A stretch of DNA of 53,557 nucleotides from Trichoplax sp. H2 (taxonomy: Eukaryota): positions 1-53,557 of the forward strand of contig NOWV01000171.1 in assembly GCA_003344405.1 (NCBI GenBank), written 5' to 3'. Positions within the stretch are counted from its first letter, which is position 1. Every line of letters starts with the position of its first letter. Of the stretch, positions 13,681 to 27,700 are shown one piece after another. The position numbers and the translations under genes were made by a program. The notes under the pieces were generated by a model that ran no database searches, was not told where the DNA came from, and was given only the letters and a program-made list of their open reading frames with translations.

Positions 13681-14811
13681 GTAAGAATTATTTTTCATGT
13701 AATAAGACGGAAAATATTTTCTACTAATTCCCTTTCCATCTCTATTTATCACACTTGTCTAAGTAATAAAAAACTAGAAATCTTCCACTAATTCACTTTT
13801 CATTTCACCTTTATCATATCCCCCCCCTAATTAAGACAAACATTAGTCCATATAAGTTACTTATAATTAATGAGAGCTTCATTGCTTTGAAGATATTCTA
13901 TTGCTATAGAAGTGAATAAACTTAATCTACAGTTTTTCTTTGCTAGTAAATTATTGATTAATTCGTTCCGCTTGCACACCGCATGCACTCAAATAGACAA
14001 AGATAATTTAATGTTATCTTAATACAAAATATACGAAGTATATACCATACAGTACAGCTGTGATATATACCAATCACGAGATTCCAAATTTTAGAAAAAT
14101 AAGGCTTTATTGAATCTTACACAGAGATTAACTACACACAGCTCTACTCTAGCCGGATACTACTTCTAAAGACTTCCAGAATGAACTAACAGAATAATCT
14201 AAAGTTGCATGCTTTTATACTTTCCGTAGCATTCGCAGCTGCAATCCGCAAGGCAACCTTTTACCTTATTTTACACATAGCTAAATTATTCTTAGTAAGA
14301 CTATTCTACTGCGGACCATCATTAATCCAATATGGATACCACTACAGTACTTACGCAGACATTATTCACACCAGCCAAAGTACAATGAATTAATCATATC
14401 CTAATATATGATTTACAGTTCTATTTTTACCTATAGCCTTATTAGTAACTCAATACCTTACTGTATATAGTCATCTGTACTCTTGCATAGAGTCTATACT
14501 ACTACAGTCTATAGTTATAGCTACCAAATATCTCTTAGGATAAATATCTACCGTACATTATACTAAACATGGCTAATAGTCTACAATCACAATACTAGTT
14601 ACATTACAACAGCGCTTGATGCAAATGGGCAATTTTTATCGTTGCACTTACATGTATCCCTCTGAAAAGATACTCTCTAAATTAATTTAAGAATTCTTTA
14701 AACCTTTTATAAGTATATGATAGCAGTTCTCAATATCATGTAAATGTAAATACCTTGTTCTAGTATTTAAATGTTTTAATTTTGGCGCAAATTTTATAAC
14801 TTCATTTATAG

Positions 14812-15700
14812 TTATTTTCTCTTCTTCCCAAATTTAATGAAAATCTATAATGGTCAAATACCCATTTACGATTCAAATACGCTTCTTTGTCGACTTAATA
14901 TGGCAATACCTCTCTATTTCTTTATCAGTAACATTAACAGTATAACATTGATGGCAATTATTCGTTATCTGGTTATTGTAAGACCAAGAAAATTAATGTG
15001 GCTGAAAAAGAAAAGATGGGTCTCTAGTCTTTACGTCCTAAATTGGTGTATACCTCTCATATTTACCTTGCTTCCTTTATTTGGCTATTGGAGTAAATAT
15101 TCTTACTTCTCCACATCTGGCCTTTGTGTTATCATATATAGATTAGACCAAAATAGTAGCAATCAGAGCTACTTTATTTGCTTCCTATTGTGTGTATTAA
15201 TATTACCTATCTTGATAGTTACATTCTGCTATTATAAAATTTATTACACTGTTAAAGCGAGTAAGAAAAAGCTTAGTTGTCATGCAAGTATTGGTAAAGA
15301 TTTGGCTTCGTCGTATTCATCCTTTGCATGGTCTTCCTCGCATAGTCTACAAAGTGTTGCAAATAAATGGAGTAAACGACGAGAGTTAGCATTCACTCAA
15401 ACTTTGTTGATTATCTTTATCGCATTCCAATTATCTTTTCTGCCTTTTACGGTATTATTCTTGTTAACTTACTTACATTCACTAACATTACTTATCCAGT
15501 TTCTTGTTGGTTTCTTCTTACTAAGTTCTGTCGGTAGCGCTATTAATCCAATAATCTATCTCGTACGTAGCAAAAAATTCAATCAAACATCGCCTACTTT
15601 AAAACGAAATATATGTTATTCTGTTAAAGCTGTTCCGATCCTTATTGCCTCTTCTAACTCTCTTTATAATACTGCTAAAGGAAATAAGCTCCATGCATAA
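14812..15700 (+). CDS. Orphan class A GPCR, paralog 2, exon 2 (TM3 to the C-terminus: CRLNMAIPLYF...IRY...NPIIYLVRSKKF).
   Basis: Only one phase-compatible acceptor exists downstream of the in-frame stop at 14777-14779: cttcatttatag|T at 14809-10. It adds about 10 aa to ECL1 relative to the paralogs. ORF runs to 15700. The stop and everything from TM3 on are secure; the acceptor is less so. Confidence 0.7.
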
Positions 15701-18700
15701 TGATTTCATGAATGAACAAAGAAATCTTCGAACCTGTAATTATAATACCAGCATTACTTATTTTTCATAATGTATCGTGATAGCATTTCAAATTGTACAA
15801 TTTTCTCTATATTAATGGAGACATTTATAGAATTAATTTCGATTCTTAACCATTTTTAGCAAATTTAATGGAAATATTAAAATATCCTAATATAGGTTGG
15901 TTATGCATGTAAAAATTTTAGGCCTTTGGAAACAAATGCATTAACGTTGATATAATTTACATTATCACGATATGCTCGATTTTTATAAATTTCATTCAGG
16001 AAATTATTCAACCATATTGCAGTATGGTTATTCCTTGATATGTGTTGTGCTTATATTCTGTTATCACAAATAAGTACCAAATAAATAATGTTCAAGAATT
16101 TTCGAATGAACTTGTATTGATATCTTGCATCGCGGCAGAAGTATCGATATTCCTTTTTGTGGTATAACTAATAGTTCATGGATGATGATTCAATTTCGAA
16201 AGCATGATTTAACTTCGGTATAGGATTATTTATAGATGATTACTAATTAATAGGCAACGACAAAGACGATAACTCTAAAATTAATAAATTCAGTAATAAT
16301 ATGCTGAAGTTTGCAATTTGCAGTTTTAATAGCAGACTCTATCATCCTTGGAGTAAGTTTTACTACACTGTTAAGCTGCTTAGTAAAACTTTTTTTGTAC
16401 ATTACAGTTTTCTTATACACCTTTATTCGCGTTGAAGTAATTAATAATTAGTTAAGTATTATAAACCTATTGCGAATGTTGTGTTAGAAAAGCAATATAT
16501 GGAAAGCATTTGATAGCTTTTAACGTTAAAATCAAATCAAAAATTAAATAAAACAGTCATACTCGATTTATCAGCGTCCATTTTGGTATATAGATATGTT
16601 ACGGTCAATATTCATTATTAGAAATATGTAATTAATTAATAACGGAATAATTACTTTCTGCTTGATTATAAATAAGTACAACTATCAGGATATGAGTAAG
16701 TACTGGTAAACAACTTGAGATTCTATAATCTATTTTGGGATAAACTGACTCAAAAATGATGTGATAGCACTTTAATTTCTTGTCAAGTTTTACTATATTA
16801 CGCAGCTCTTTTACCAAGGGCTGTCATGGACTATCTATATCTATAACTTATCTCAATTTCTTATCAATTTACTGTTTTATAGACTCATGGACTCCGATTT
16901 ATTTAGTGTTACTAGATTATTTACCCTTTGATTATTAATCGCATAGTACTATACTACGTTTGTACTATTAGCTGACCTAGTCCACTCTATTAATAATTCA
17001 TAAATCTAATAAAGCCACCTAGCAAAGGTCTTCAAATTTTCGCATTGGTATTGTTAATATCTCCCACATTTAAATACTTGTACAATCTTACCATCTAACA
17101 TACAAACTCAATCCATTGCAATACAAAAATACGCTATTCTAAGAAGATGTCTCTAAATATTGTTACTTATCTAACTAGCACGTTATCACCATATTATTTC
17201 TATATTCTTTTATTTTATTTTATTATATCAAATTAAATTGAAGAGAATAAACTAAACATTAAATTGATATTATAGGATTTACAACAGTTGTATTACGTTT
17301 TTGAACTTATAGTTGAAAGTTAGACGTTACATATTTTGTATTGCTATGTATTAATTATGTGCACAACGCTTTCTCCAGTATTTTTCATCTCCATAATTTA
17401 ATTATTAGAAAGAGCTCATAAAATGCATGTTCATCACGCTTCTTATAATTATGAATCTTGTATTGCTACAAAATAAGTTTAGTTTGTATTTATAGATAAT
17501 TTGTCACAAGCACTCATTAAATTATTTTGTCTGAAACCAACACAACAACTTCACACTACAGTTTATCCACTGTTGTCAGCAAATTAATAAGGCATTTTAC
17601 TTGAAAACTTAAGTTATCTTCTAGTACTATGAATCTCTTGATAGATTAAGAGTTATTCGCCAAATTAGACTTTCTTATTGACTTGATTAGCTTAAAAAAT
17701 TCGTATATTTTAAGAAATGGTATTTAAAGCAGATTAACAATAATTACATCAATAAATGTACAGAAGTATATTCGAAATTAGCACAGCAGCAATTACACAA
17801 TATAATAGTCCTAAACTTGGATAAGATATTTAGAAGAATGAAAAGGATAATGTAAAGAGTACCTAAAGCGTTGCTTAATTTGTTTTAAGACGAAAAGAAA
17901 ATTAGTTTACATATTCTTCTTATGGACTATTCAAAGGATTCTATATTAAAAGCAGATACCAAGAAGTGTATTTAATTATCAAGATTAAGTGATAACACAG
18001 CCAGGCTAAATTATGTGCCGTACGTATACTCAGGCTTTAAAAATTACTAGATTTGATATCTCTTCAAGGAAGTTGATGAATTGGCTACTTAATTATTAAT
18101 ATTGGTTCAGAGAACCTATCACACAGGACTATCAATAGTATCAAGATAAAGAGATTGATTTTAGTTTTCAAATAAATTAAAAGCAATTAATTATTCTTAT
18201 TGTACTAAATTATTATCTACAAAGTATAAGATATTTTCAATAACATCGTGTATTCGAAAGATATTGTACTTTAAATTAAGTAACCTAAGTTGATTAAATA
18301 TACAGCAGATAGATATACCGTAGTTATGTACCGAGGTGATTTCCTTCTAGAAGAAAAGTTAATATAAATTGAGCTAATTGTCTGTAACAAATTAATTTAG
18401 AATTTTAGTACTAGATCAATTAAACTTGATTTATAATTCACAAGGTGCAGTCAAAAATAATCAGGTATATATCCTTTAAATATATATAATTTAACTAGAA
18501 TGTAAGTTTTGAACTATTCTTTTCCGTCAATAATATCCTTTCATAACTCTAATGCAAGTAGACTGTGAATAAGAAAGGTATAGATTAGTAGAAACAAGGT
18601 TATGGAGACTGATGTATTTGAATTGAAATAATTATTTTAGTCAACAAAAATAATTTAGCAATTATTATCTCAAGTTAGTTCTACAATGATTATCTAAATT

Positions 18701-20286
18701 GAAGAATATTAAAAAAATTTGAATTACGTGATTCAGGGAGATAAAAGTTATAGATTATCTTTTAATGTTAATTGTATCGAATATTTTCACCTTATTAAAG
18801 AATATTCATGATTACTTCTAAAAAGATAATACAATGATCACATTTTATAATAACTAAAGTAGCAACTATTCTGCTTAGCTATTCCTTGCAATTTACCTAA
18901 TCGATGCCAAGATTTATAATCCTATTCTATTAGACAATTAAGTTTGGAAGTTAATCAGTGATTATTTTATTTATAATTAATCTAGCACGTTTCTTTAAAC
19001 TGTCGATTAATAAGGAACGTATTCAATCTATTATATATACAATGACAATATATAACTTACGATACAGATATCTTCCATTGACTAAAGGTTAGAATTTTTT
19101 TCTTTTGGGAAAGATTTCCGTAAACAAATTTTTCTATGAAGTTATGCTACTAATTTAAATGATTCACGATTATTAAATATTGGTAATAGACAACGATCAG
19201 CAGTAAGAAATTAACAAAATAATGGAGATTATTTTATATTTTCTTATAACAACTAGGGTTGCATATCGTGTCTTTCTTAGAAGACTGAGAAGAGTGTTAT
19301 ATAAAATCGTGATATAATTTCCTCCACTTTACCTCAATTGTTGTTAATCAATCGCTAGTTTTATTTATTAATCTTAAGACTCAGCAAATTGTGTATAGCT
19401 GATTTCTTAATAAACAAGAGAATGTTTGACACAAAGCTGCCATTGAAATTGTATGAGTATAACATTCATAAGAGCCTTCTGTTTTTTAATTTAGACATTA
19501 TAAAATAGTAGAAAAATTAAATAATTTATCATAACTTTACCATAAGTCCTATATCAAGATCGTAAATATAGATATATAAATGTACTACACATAGACATAT
19601 ATGTATACAGTCGATATAGTGCAATATGGTATAATTCATTATAGGGGAAGATGTATTATATAAGCTTCATCAATATCGATTAATGAGCTACATATTAAAA
19701 TAAGTTCTTTGTGTAGTGAACACAACCTCAAAATGATCACAGACTAAAGTTACTATTTTAGTGTAGTAATGGGAAATAAAATTTAACTATTTTACAAATA
19801 ATATCACAAGTTCCAGGATGAACTATTAGGAAAGGCGGTGATCATTTGATCTTTGTTATACTGGATAACTGTAACTTCAATATGCTTCTACTGATATACA
19901 ATGACAGATTGCCATTTATTTTCAACTTTAAATGAGTTTAAGAACAGCAATTACGGTAACCACCAAGATCATTCATTAGATGAAAAAAGAGGATAGTATT
20001 CCCCGCTTTCATATTAGCTTGCAAATATTATTCACACTAATCATAATGATACGCTACACACTTACATATACATATTATTGTTTTCGTATTTAACTTTTAT
20101 TATCCATTATAGCGCCATTTTCTACCTAGACAATCAGTAATCTACTACAAAGAATTAGCTCTCCTATAGCTACAAATTGTTAGTTATACACCATTGCGAT
20201 TGAGTGTCACGGTACGAACTACCGTGAAGAAATAGCTATCTAAATTTGGTGAATATAATATAGTGATAATATATTACATCTAGATC

Positions 20287-20635
20287 CTTACAATAGGAAT
20301 TACTCTAATTATAAATGTGTTGCAGTAAATTTAATGATGTGCTGTAATGTGCACTGAAATGATTCTGTGAATGGACATATTGTAGTCCGACTGTGAAAAA
20401 CTAGTTAGTAGATGTTCTCACCTGAGTATTTTTATGAGATGACTTGTGAATGTTAGCTGCTGTAGAAGGGTATATAAGCCCGCCAGATAGTTGAATAAAG
20501 CAGTTCTCAATAGTCTAGTTTAGTTTAACGTAGAATCAAAGGCGTCTAAATTGTTGTGAGTAGGGATACTGAATCCCGGAGAGTAATTTAGAGATTTATT
20601 TCACGTTATCCTTTTCACGAAGCTGGTTTGTGACA
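20287..20635 (+). repeat. Interspersed repeat, copy 2 (about 349 bp), in the intergenic DNA between GPCR paralogs 2 and 3.
   Basis: Same family as 30..378, same orientation, same TATA-like and AATAAA-like motifs. Confidence 0.85.
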
Positions 20636-22627
20636 TTGAGATATTAGAATGTCGCACATAGCTACGTCTACATACAGTAACATATATACATATGCTAAAG
20701 TACGGAGAATTGTAAAAGTGAACCAAGCCAGGCTTTAATATTATCGTAATAATACATAATACCCTCAAATATGATTAATTACCGATGCCACTCATATATT
20801 TTTCTCTTATGAGATCATTAATTAAATATCTTTATGCAGGTTTAGTTCGGTACTATGGCTTGCCTATGCTATAGCTAACGATTACAAGTATGTAATTATT
20901 CCTTAGATTGATTATATTCACATCTCGTCATTTATGATGCATGCGTCGTTATCCGTTTCTACGTCAAATTTAATAATTTATCGATATAAGTTGCCTAGCA
21001 TACATAGTTAACCGAATGTGGTATCATGCAGTTGAGTTGTGTGTCGTAGTTATATAGGCTGATGATCATATATACTCAATTAAGACTTAATGTAATAAAT
21101 AATCCATTGAAATTAGGCGTACTAGAATAGTTAATATTCATCTTATAGTCTTAAATTTTTACTAATAAGGACTATTACAAAGTAATTTGTGTGTTGAGAA
21201 TATAAATTGGTAGTGGCGTAGCTAGGTGTAACCAACGCCAACTTATACATGTTTACCTACAAAGGATTGTTGAATTGCAGTGATCCTAGACTACCTATTC
21301 GTGCACCTATATCTATACGAATATATATGCATGAGTGTATATATCTCCTACTTAATTTAATCTTATCATCCTTACCTAAATATTGATCATGGCCTATATG
21401 CAAATTATAATCTATATAAATCGTTCTATTTGTCATAATAATAATAGCATTAAAGCATTGAACAGCACGAAGACTAGCGTTTCGTGGTTACAATCTTCCC
21501 GTGCCATTATATAACTTAGCTGTTTAATCATTGATATACAATAATCTTCTAGGCTAATAAACATCGAAGATTACTTTTATGCTATAATAATTACCAATAA
21601 ACAATAGAAGGAAATGGAGCTACGGCTTTAAAAATAGCTTATCAATAGGACGGACTAAGATAGATAATTGATATTGTATTGAAGTAACTATTAAGAATAA
21701 AATCTTCATCATGGATTCTATCTTATTTTAAGTTGACGTTTATTGTGGACTAAGATAGCATGATTTCTATTGTAATTGTTCATTTATAGTGAACTCATCC
21801 ATCTTTACCGATTATTCTATTTTTTATCTAATGTTGCCGGGAGCGATAGTAACAATCTTATTATCAACACGATGTATGTTGAATATTTGATTAATGACCT
21901 ACATTGTATGCCAGGTTCAAGTTGACTTCAAGATGTTAAAAATAAAAATATTATTAATCTTGATTATGGAGTATCCACATACGGTATACTAATTGGTGTT
22001 GGCATAAAAAGTGGTAGCGTCCGAAATGAATATTAATATCAGGTGTGAAAGATGAATGGTTCAATGTATGATCACTTTTATGCCAATTACTATGAGTGAC
22101 TAAGCAGTAATTTGAAGATATTAAATTGTAATAAATAAGACAACAGAAGTAATCAGATGGAATATATTCATATGCTTTACTTTAGCAAATGAGGGGTGGC
22201 AATTAAATCAAGGCTATTGTTTCCTTAGACAATTAACCGTCAAGATAATATATAAACACTCGGTTATAATCACGATTTGTTATCATTATCGTTACCCCTT
22301 GATGATGGACAGGCAATCTTTGCCCGTGGTGAGACAGCGATGGTTTTATTTGACTACCGTAAGGTAATGAAAAAAGCGATAAAGGCAATTGCAATATAAT
22401 TTGATTTTCCATCACTGGTAACTATCCTTCCAAAGATTATAAAGTCGTTAGGCGTTGATTTAATCCCCTTTCAAAACTTTAATTACGGAAAACAGAGAGA
22501 AAAAAGTTGGATATTTCTTTACTAGCAGTACCATTGATTATATTTTTCTTAATCCCTTGATAAAAGCGATTCAGTATCAACAAACTAATTAAGCATTTTA
22601 TACAAGTCGGAACAAACAGCCATCATC

Positions 22628-22842
22628 ATGAACGAGACTACCAATGGTAGTTACTTTATTCTGAATGTGAATCGAGATTTTGCTGTCGTATCTATGGTCT
22701 TCCAAACCTTTTTCTTGGTAGTTGGTGTACCAGCAAATGCTTTAGTTTGCTTTTTTACATTTCGCAAAAAAAAGGATATTAAACTAAGTAACATTATTAT
22801 ATCGATGCTAGCAATATCAGATGGTCTCTACACTATTGTCAG
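22628..22842 (+). CDS. Orphan class A GPCR, paralog 3, exon 1. Encodes the N-terminus with NET and NGS sequons, TM1 (GVPANALV) and TM2 (MLAISDGLY).
   Basis: ATG at 22628. Donor GTC AG|GTAAAT is phase 2. Confidence 0.85.
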
Positions 22843-23229
22843 GTAAATAATTAAATTTTTTTATTACTTCAAAGCCGATATTTATATATTTTTTTATAGA
22901 AGTTGTAGAGTCAATTTTTGGAGAGAGATGAAGTTTTATAGTATCGGTCAATTTTAATGATCGGTAATGAGTAACTGGATCTAGACTGGTTTATATTAAA
23001 ATACATTATTTCGCATCTACTAGTAGAAATTTAATAGGACTCACATCTATTATTTTACGAAATCATTACAATTTGATTATCTATTCACTAATGTTTACGT
23101 ATATCTATTTTTCTTTCCTGTATGATGGTTCGATCGATAATTTTTTTCAATTCGATGGTCTACTTCTTTGGTTATACCGGTTATTATATCTGGGGACAGT
23201 TATATCGTTTTCTTTCCTGCTATGTATAG

Positions 23230-24106
23230 AGCTTCTATCGGTCGAACTCCTGTTTATCCCACATCGACAATTAGTTGTCGAATCGAAGTTGGGTTACCTC
23301 TATATTTTGGAATAGTCAATATCTATTGCATGACTGTATTAGCGGTGACAAGATACATCGCTATAGTTACGCCGCAGCGTATGATTACTGTGAGGAGGCG
23401 ACACGGAATCTTGATTATATCACTTTTAACTTGGACTTTACCATTGATTTTTACTCTACCACAAATATTTGGTTATTGGGGTGGTTTTAGTTATACTAAT
23501 GGTCTTGGTATATGCCTCGGCGTTTATCATTATAGCCAAGGATTCTTAACTGGTTCTTACTATATATGCTTAATTTTGTTTGTAGTTCAATTTCCGACTT
23601 TAATTATCGGTTGGTGCTATCATCAAATTTACCTTGAAGTGAAAAGAAGCCGTTTGCGTATTAGCCAATTCCGTTCTAGTACCGAACATGATGATCCATC
23701 CGCTTCTAGCCACTCACGAGGAACTAAGCGAAATATAACTATCTCTGGCAATCAAGGAAATCGTTCTAGTAGAAGGCGGGAACCCGAAAATCGAAAAGCC
23801 GAAATTGCTATCGCTAAAACTTTAGTAATTATTTTTGTTACATTTCAAATTTCATTCATGCCCTATAGTGTAGTATCTTTCTATAATTTCATCAGTCATA
23901 CTTCTTACACAGTCTTACTTCAACTTGGCTTACTGTTTGTGACTTACATTGGTAATGTAGCCAATCCCTACATATTTTTATTTCGTAGTGATAAGTTTCA
24001 AAAATTCTGCAACTGGCGTTTAATGAAATGTTGTCAAAAGGGAAGATTTAACACTAAAGTTAGGCCAGTACGTTTACCTGATACTGAGCTTTCATCACCT
24101 TCATAA
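23230..24106 (+). CDS. Orphan class A GPCR, paralog 3, exon 2 (TM3 to the C-terminus: SCRIEVGLPLYFGIVNIYCMTVLAVTRY ... GNVANPYIFLFRSDKF).
   Basis: Acceptor ttctttcctgctatgtatag|A is phase-matched, giving AG+A=Arg. ORF runs to the stop at 24104-24106. Confidence 0.85.
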
Positions 24107-24689
24107 GAAACTGCTTCTGCCCAATTTTTTTCTTTTATCTGAATGATGTATTTATGATTAACCATTTCATTAAACATTCTTTAAGGTGAATATTAGTATC
24201 TCACTCTATGATGAGGATAATAAGAAAGAATTTTATAAATTTACTTTTTTTTTTCGCATTACAACATTATTCATTCTTATCGTAATCTTTAAATCAGGAA
24301 AACATAGCTGCTGTAATTGGTTATAAATTTGTGATATTAATTCACGTAATAGAAAATATCCAACCAATTATAAGATTCTACATTTCATCGTTTAGAAATT
24401 GCTGAAGAGAATATAATTCATTTTTTATTAGGTGCATAATAATCTTTAACAAACTTCTTCAAATGAGAATGTTGATAATAACTTTACTCTTTAAATTGAC
24501 TCATTTACTTATAATCAATTTACCGCCCCTGTAATTTAGGTGAAGATATCATATTATTTAATTAATTGACGATGCAAAATTATTTACCATTACAAAATGG
24601 TGTAAACAATTTATTTCCTTAAATTTTTCTTAGATTTATTAAATTATTTTGTCAGGTTTGATGGTTGGCCTCCATTGGCCTGAAAACTG

Positions 24690-24722
24690 TACAGTGTACA
24701 CTGTATAGTGTACACTGTATAG
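24690..24722. repeat. Perfect 16-bp palindrome TACAGTGTACACTGTA, followed by a tandem-duplicated 14-mer AGTGTACACTGTAT x2. Preceded by TGGCC-TCCAT-TGGCC.
   Basis: Seen directly. Self-complementary. Lies about 0.6 kb downstream of the GPCR3 stop. Confidence 0.8.
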
Positions 24723-27700
24723 TTTGTAACGAGTATATATGCAGTTATTAAGCATATATATGATTATAGCCGGCAAAATAGTATATCAATACGCAAGTAC
24801 TGTAATTTCGGTATACTTACTGTGCATAAGAATACACAGGTATAATTAAATATAATTATTAAATATCGATTAAAATATCGCATTATAAACTACTATATAA
24901 ATCTTTAACTTATGGATTGATATTTCAGCATTGATCTGAAGATATGTGCGAGTATATTGCCCTATCCCATGGTTAAGAAACAATTTTTATTTGCTTCGTT
25001 ATCATCTTTCCTTCAACCAATTTTAAAACTCCAAAATAAAAGTTAATACAAAATATGCCGGAAGGAATTGTAAAATTGACTATCACTATCTCTATTTGAG
25101 CTCGTATTTTACACTTAGTTATAACGGTAAAAATAACAGCTATCGTATTAAAAAATTGTAATTTAGTATCACGGTATATCTTAACCATTTCATTTTTATT
25201 AATCGTTATTGAGGGCCTAATTAATCGTTTAAGTCTGCCTTTACTTAGATAAATTGTAACAATGATGCAAGTTAATAGTAGCTGTAAATTATAAATACGG
25301 GGAAGTCAATGGTATCAAAATAGTTTAAGATTAGGAATGTTATCCTATATCAAGCCAGTCAGTACGATAGCCCCTGTATTCGTCTAAACTAGAAAAGATT
25401 AGACAAACGTTGCTCTACATCCTTCTGTAAACGTCGTCAATATGTCTAGTTCCATGATTTCCTAGTTTTCTAGTGATTTTGTGAACTGATTAAAAAATGA
25501 AATCACCAACTGTCGATTCTAGAAACCTGAATTGTAATCAAATTTGTAAACTGTTTAAGAATAAAATGCGGACTGGTCTCTCGAAAAAAAATTAAATTAT
25601 TTATGGTGATGTGTATGATTGAATAACAGTTATTAAGCTTTTTACAGACAATACAGTAACTACGTTCTAGAGCAAAAAGATAATAAGGTGGTTCATTGGC
25701 GCTTATTTACTATTTATTGGTAACAGCTACGTAAAAATCAAGATAATTAATTTTTAACAAAAATTTCGAAGACTATGATAATAAAAACATTCGTGATGGT
25801 TTTCCTTATGCAAGACAATTGAGTACTACAGATTTTGTAATTCTAAAATAGTCATTTGTGTAGATTGAACCTTAATTATTGTAGCAATGTCTTGAACTGT
25901 CGATGTACTATTTTATATTTTATCTACTTTTTGTTACTTCGTACTAATGTAGTTGAAATATGAAATGGAATAAAATATTTATATATATTTATCACCTCCT
26001 GTGGGATAGAATAATTATGCTTCATAACCAGAAAATTTTATGTATATCAGATATTTATAAGCCTTCGGCTTGTCACAAAATTAGAACAGATTAAAATTTC
26101 AAGAAAAAAATTGAGAACTTTTCAAACCGCTTTGTCTAATATATACTCTGATTACATACTATGTAAGTGCTATAGAAATCACAGATATAAAGTTCTCACC
26201 AGGTAACAGTATGTTTTCATATAATTACAACGCACCAAGTACAAATCAAGATGTCTAGATTTCTAGTTTTACTGCCTATTAAATCTATTTGTTTACTAAT
26301 TATCTTTCTTAACTTATATTAAAAGAGAGTAACCCACAAATTATTCTAGTCCTATCACGGTTGAGCAATAATTAACTTATTCTTTTGCGTGAGGAAATTG
26401 GCCAATATGATTAATAAACGATTATATCATCTTTTATCAACGGAGGTCGTTTACGATATCCTATAGAACATCATTTTGTTTTCATTAAAGTATTAAATCA
26501 TTCCAGCTATCAATTGATATGAATTTAAATACTTTTGCTATGATTTCCTTAATTTTTTAATTTCTTACATATCATATGACGCTTTTTGTGTAAAGCAGAA
26601 AACTATAATTAAATAATGCGTGCAATCGAAGTCAACACACAGAAAATTGGCATTAATGATACATTAGTTATCAAAAATATGAAGAAGATAAATAGGTAGC
26701 AATCAGTTGACGATAAAGTCAATTTGAATTTCCATTATTAATTTTGTCGAAGATCTGTGAAAATTTTACGGCATTAAAGATAGATACAATATACTCATTT
26801 CTAACCCTTTTTCGAGCTTACCAGCAGTAGAAATATATGTCAGTGTTCCTTATATTGAGTAAAGATTCTATAGTAATTCGTATTAACTGCAAATCAATTT
26901 GTCAAGCACCATAGTTTATCGGTTATAGTCAAGCTAAGTCTTTACTATCTACTATTTTTGCAACTATTCCATGTATTCATTAAAAAGTAAGGTTATACCA
27001 AATTTAATGATATTTACTACTTATTGATTCGATTTTATATTTTTAATCATGGCATAAGCTCTGTTTTTTCGGAAAAGTTATCATACATACAATTAGATAG
27101 TGCATACAATCACTATAGTTCTTAGATTATCAATGTCAGTTAATTAAGACTACAGCTCTACAAATAAATATATTCAGTATTGTCTTACGTTAAAGATGAT
27201 GGTGAGTCACCATAACTGATGCTATGATTGTAAATACCAAGTTAAAAAAAAATCTATGCTAAATTTAACGAATAGCTTATCATTTGCTTTTTTAAAGTAT
27301 AGTCTGTGATAAAACTTGGCAATTTCAATGATTTGGCAGCATAATTGTTAAAAATTAGCGTAAATTGCCTTAAGAAAAAAATCTGTCGCATTTGTTTGTC
27401 AAGGCAACAGAAAGCTTTCTTAGTTTATTACAGAATATTTGATAGCGTTATCATACGAAAATAGTGTATTAGCTTGCACGATATTATCAGATGACAGTAA
27501 AGACACTAGAATAATAGTACTCAAAATATTAAATTTATTTAGACATCAAGTACAATAGTAACAAGGTTTTTTCCCCTTATACCATACAACGCGAATGGTA
27601 TTTACATATAGTAAGTCATCATTAATGAAAAAATATACAATTAGTCACGATATTGGTAAAAGTAATTAAGATACAATGTATTACTATAGAATAACATGTT

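Noticed and set aside
30-20635. Interpreting the two 349-bp repeat copies as the 5' and 3' LTRs of one 20-kb LTR retrotransposon.
   Set aside because: The intervening 20 kb holds the glutamate-receptor exons and two GPCR genes, with no gag/pol-like ORFs. The copies do not start with TG, and 88% identity is low for paired LTRs. More likely independent copies of a dispersed repeat, or solo LTRs.
23073-23490. ORFs 23073-23315 and 23275-23490 overlapping GPCR3 exon 2.
   Set aside because: They are alternative frames of the same DNA. Only the 23168-24106 frame has 7TM motifs.
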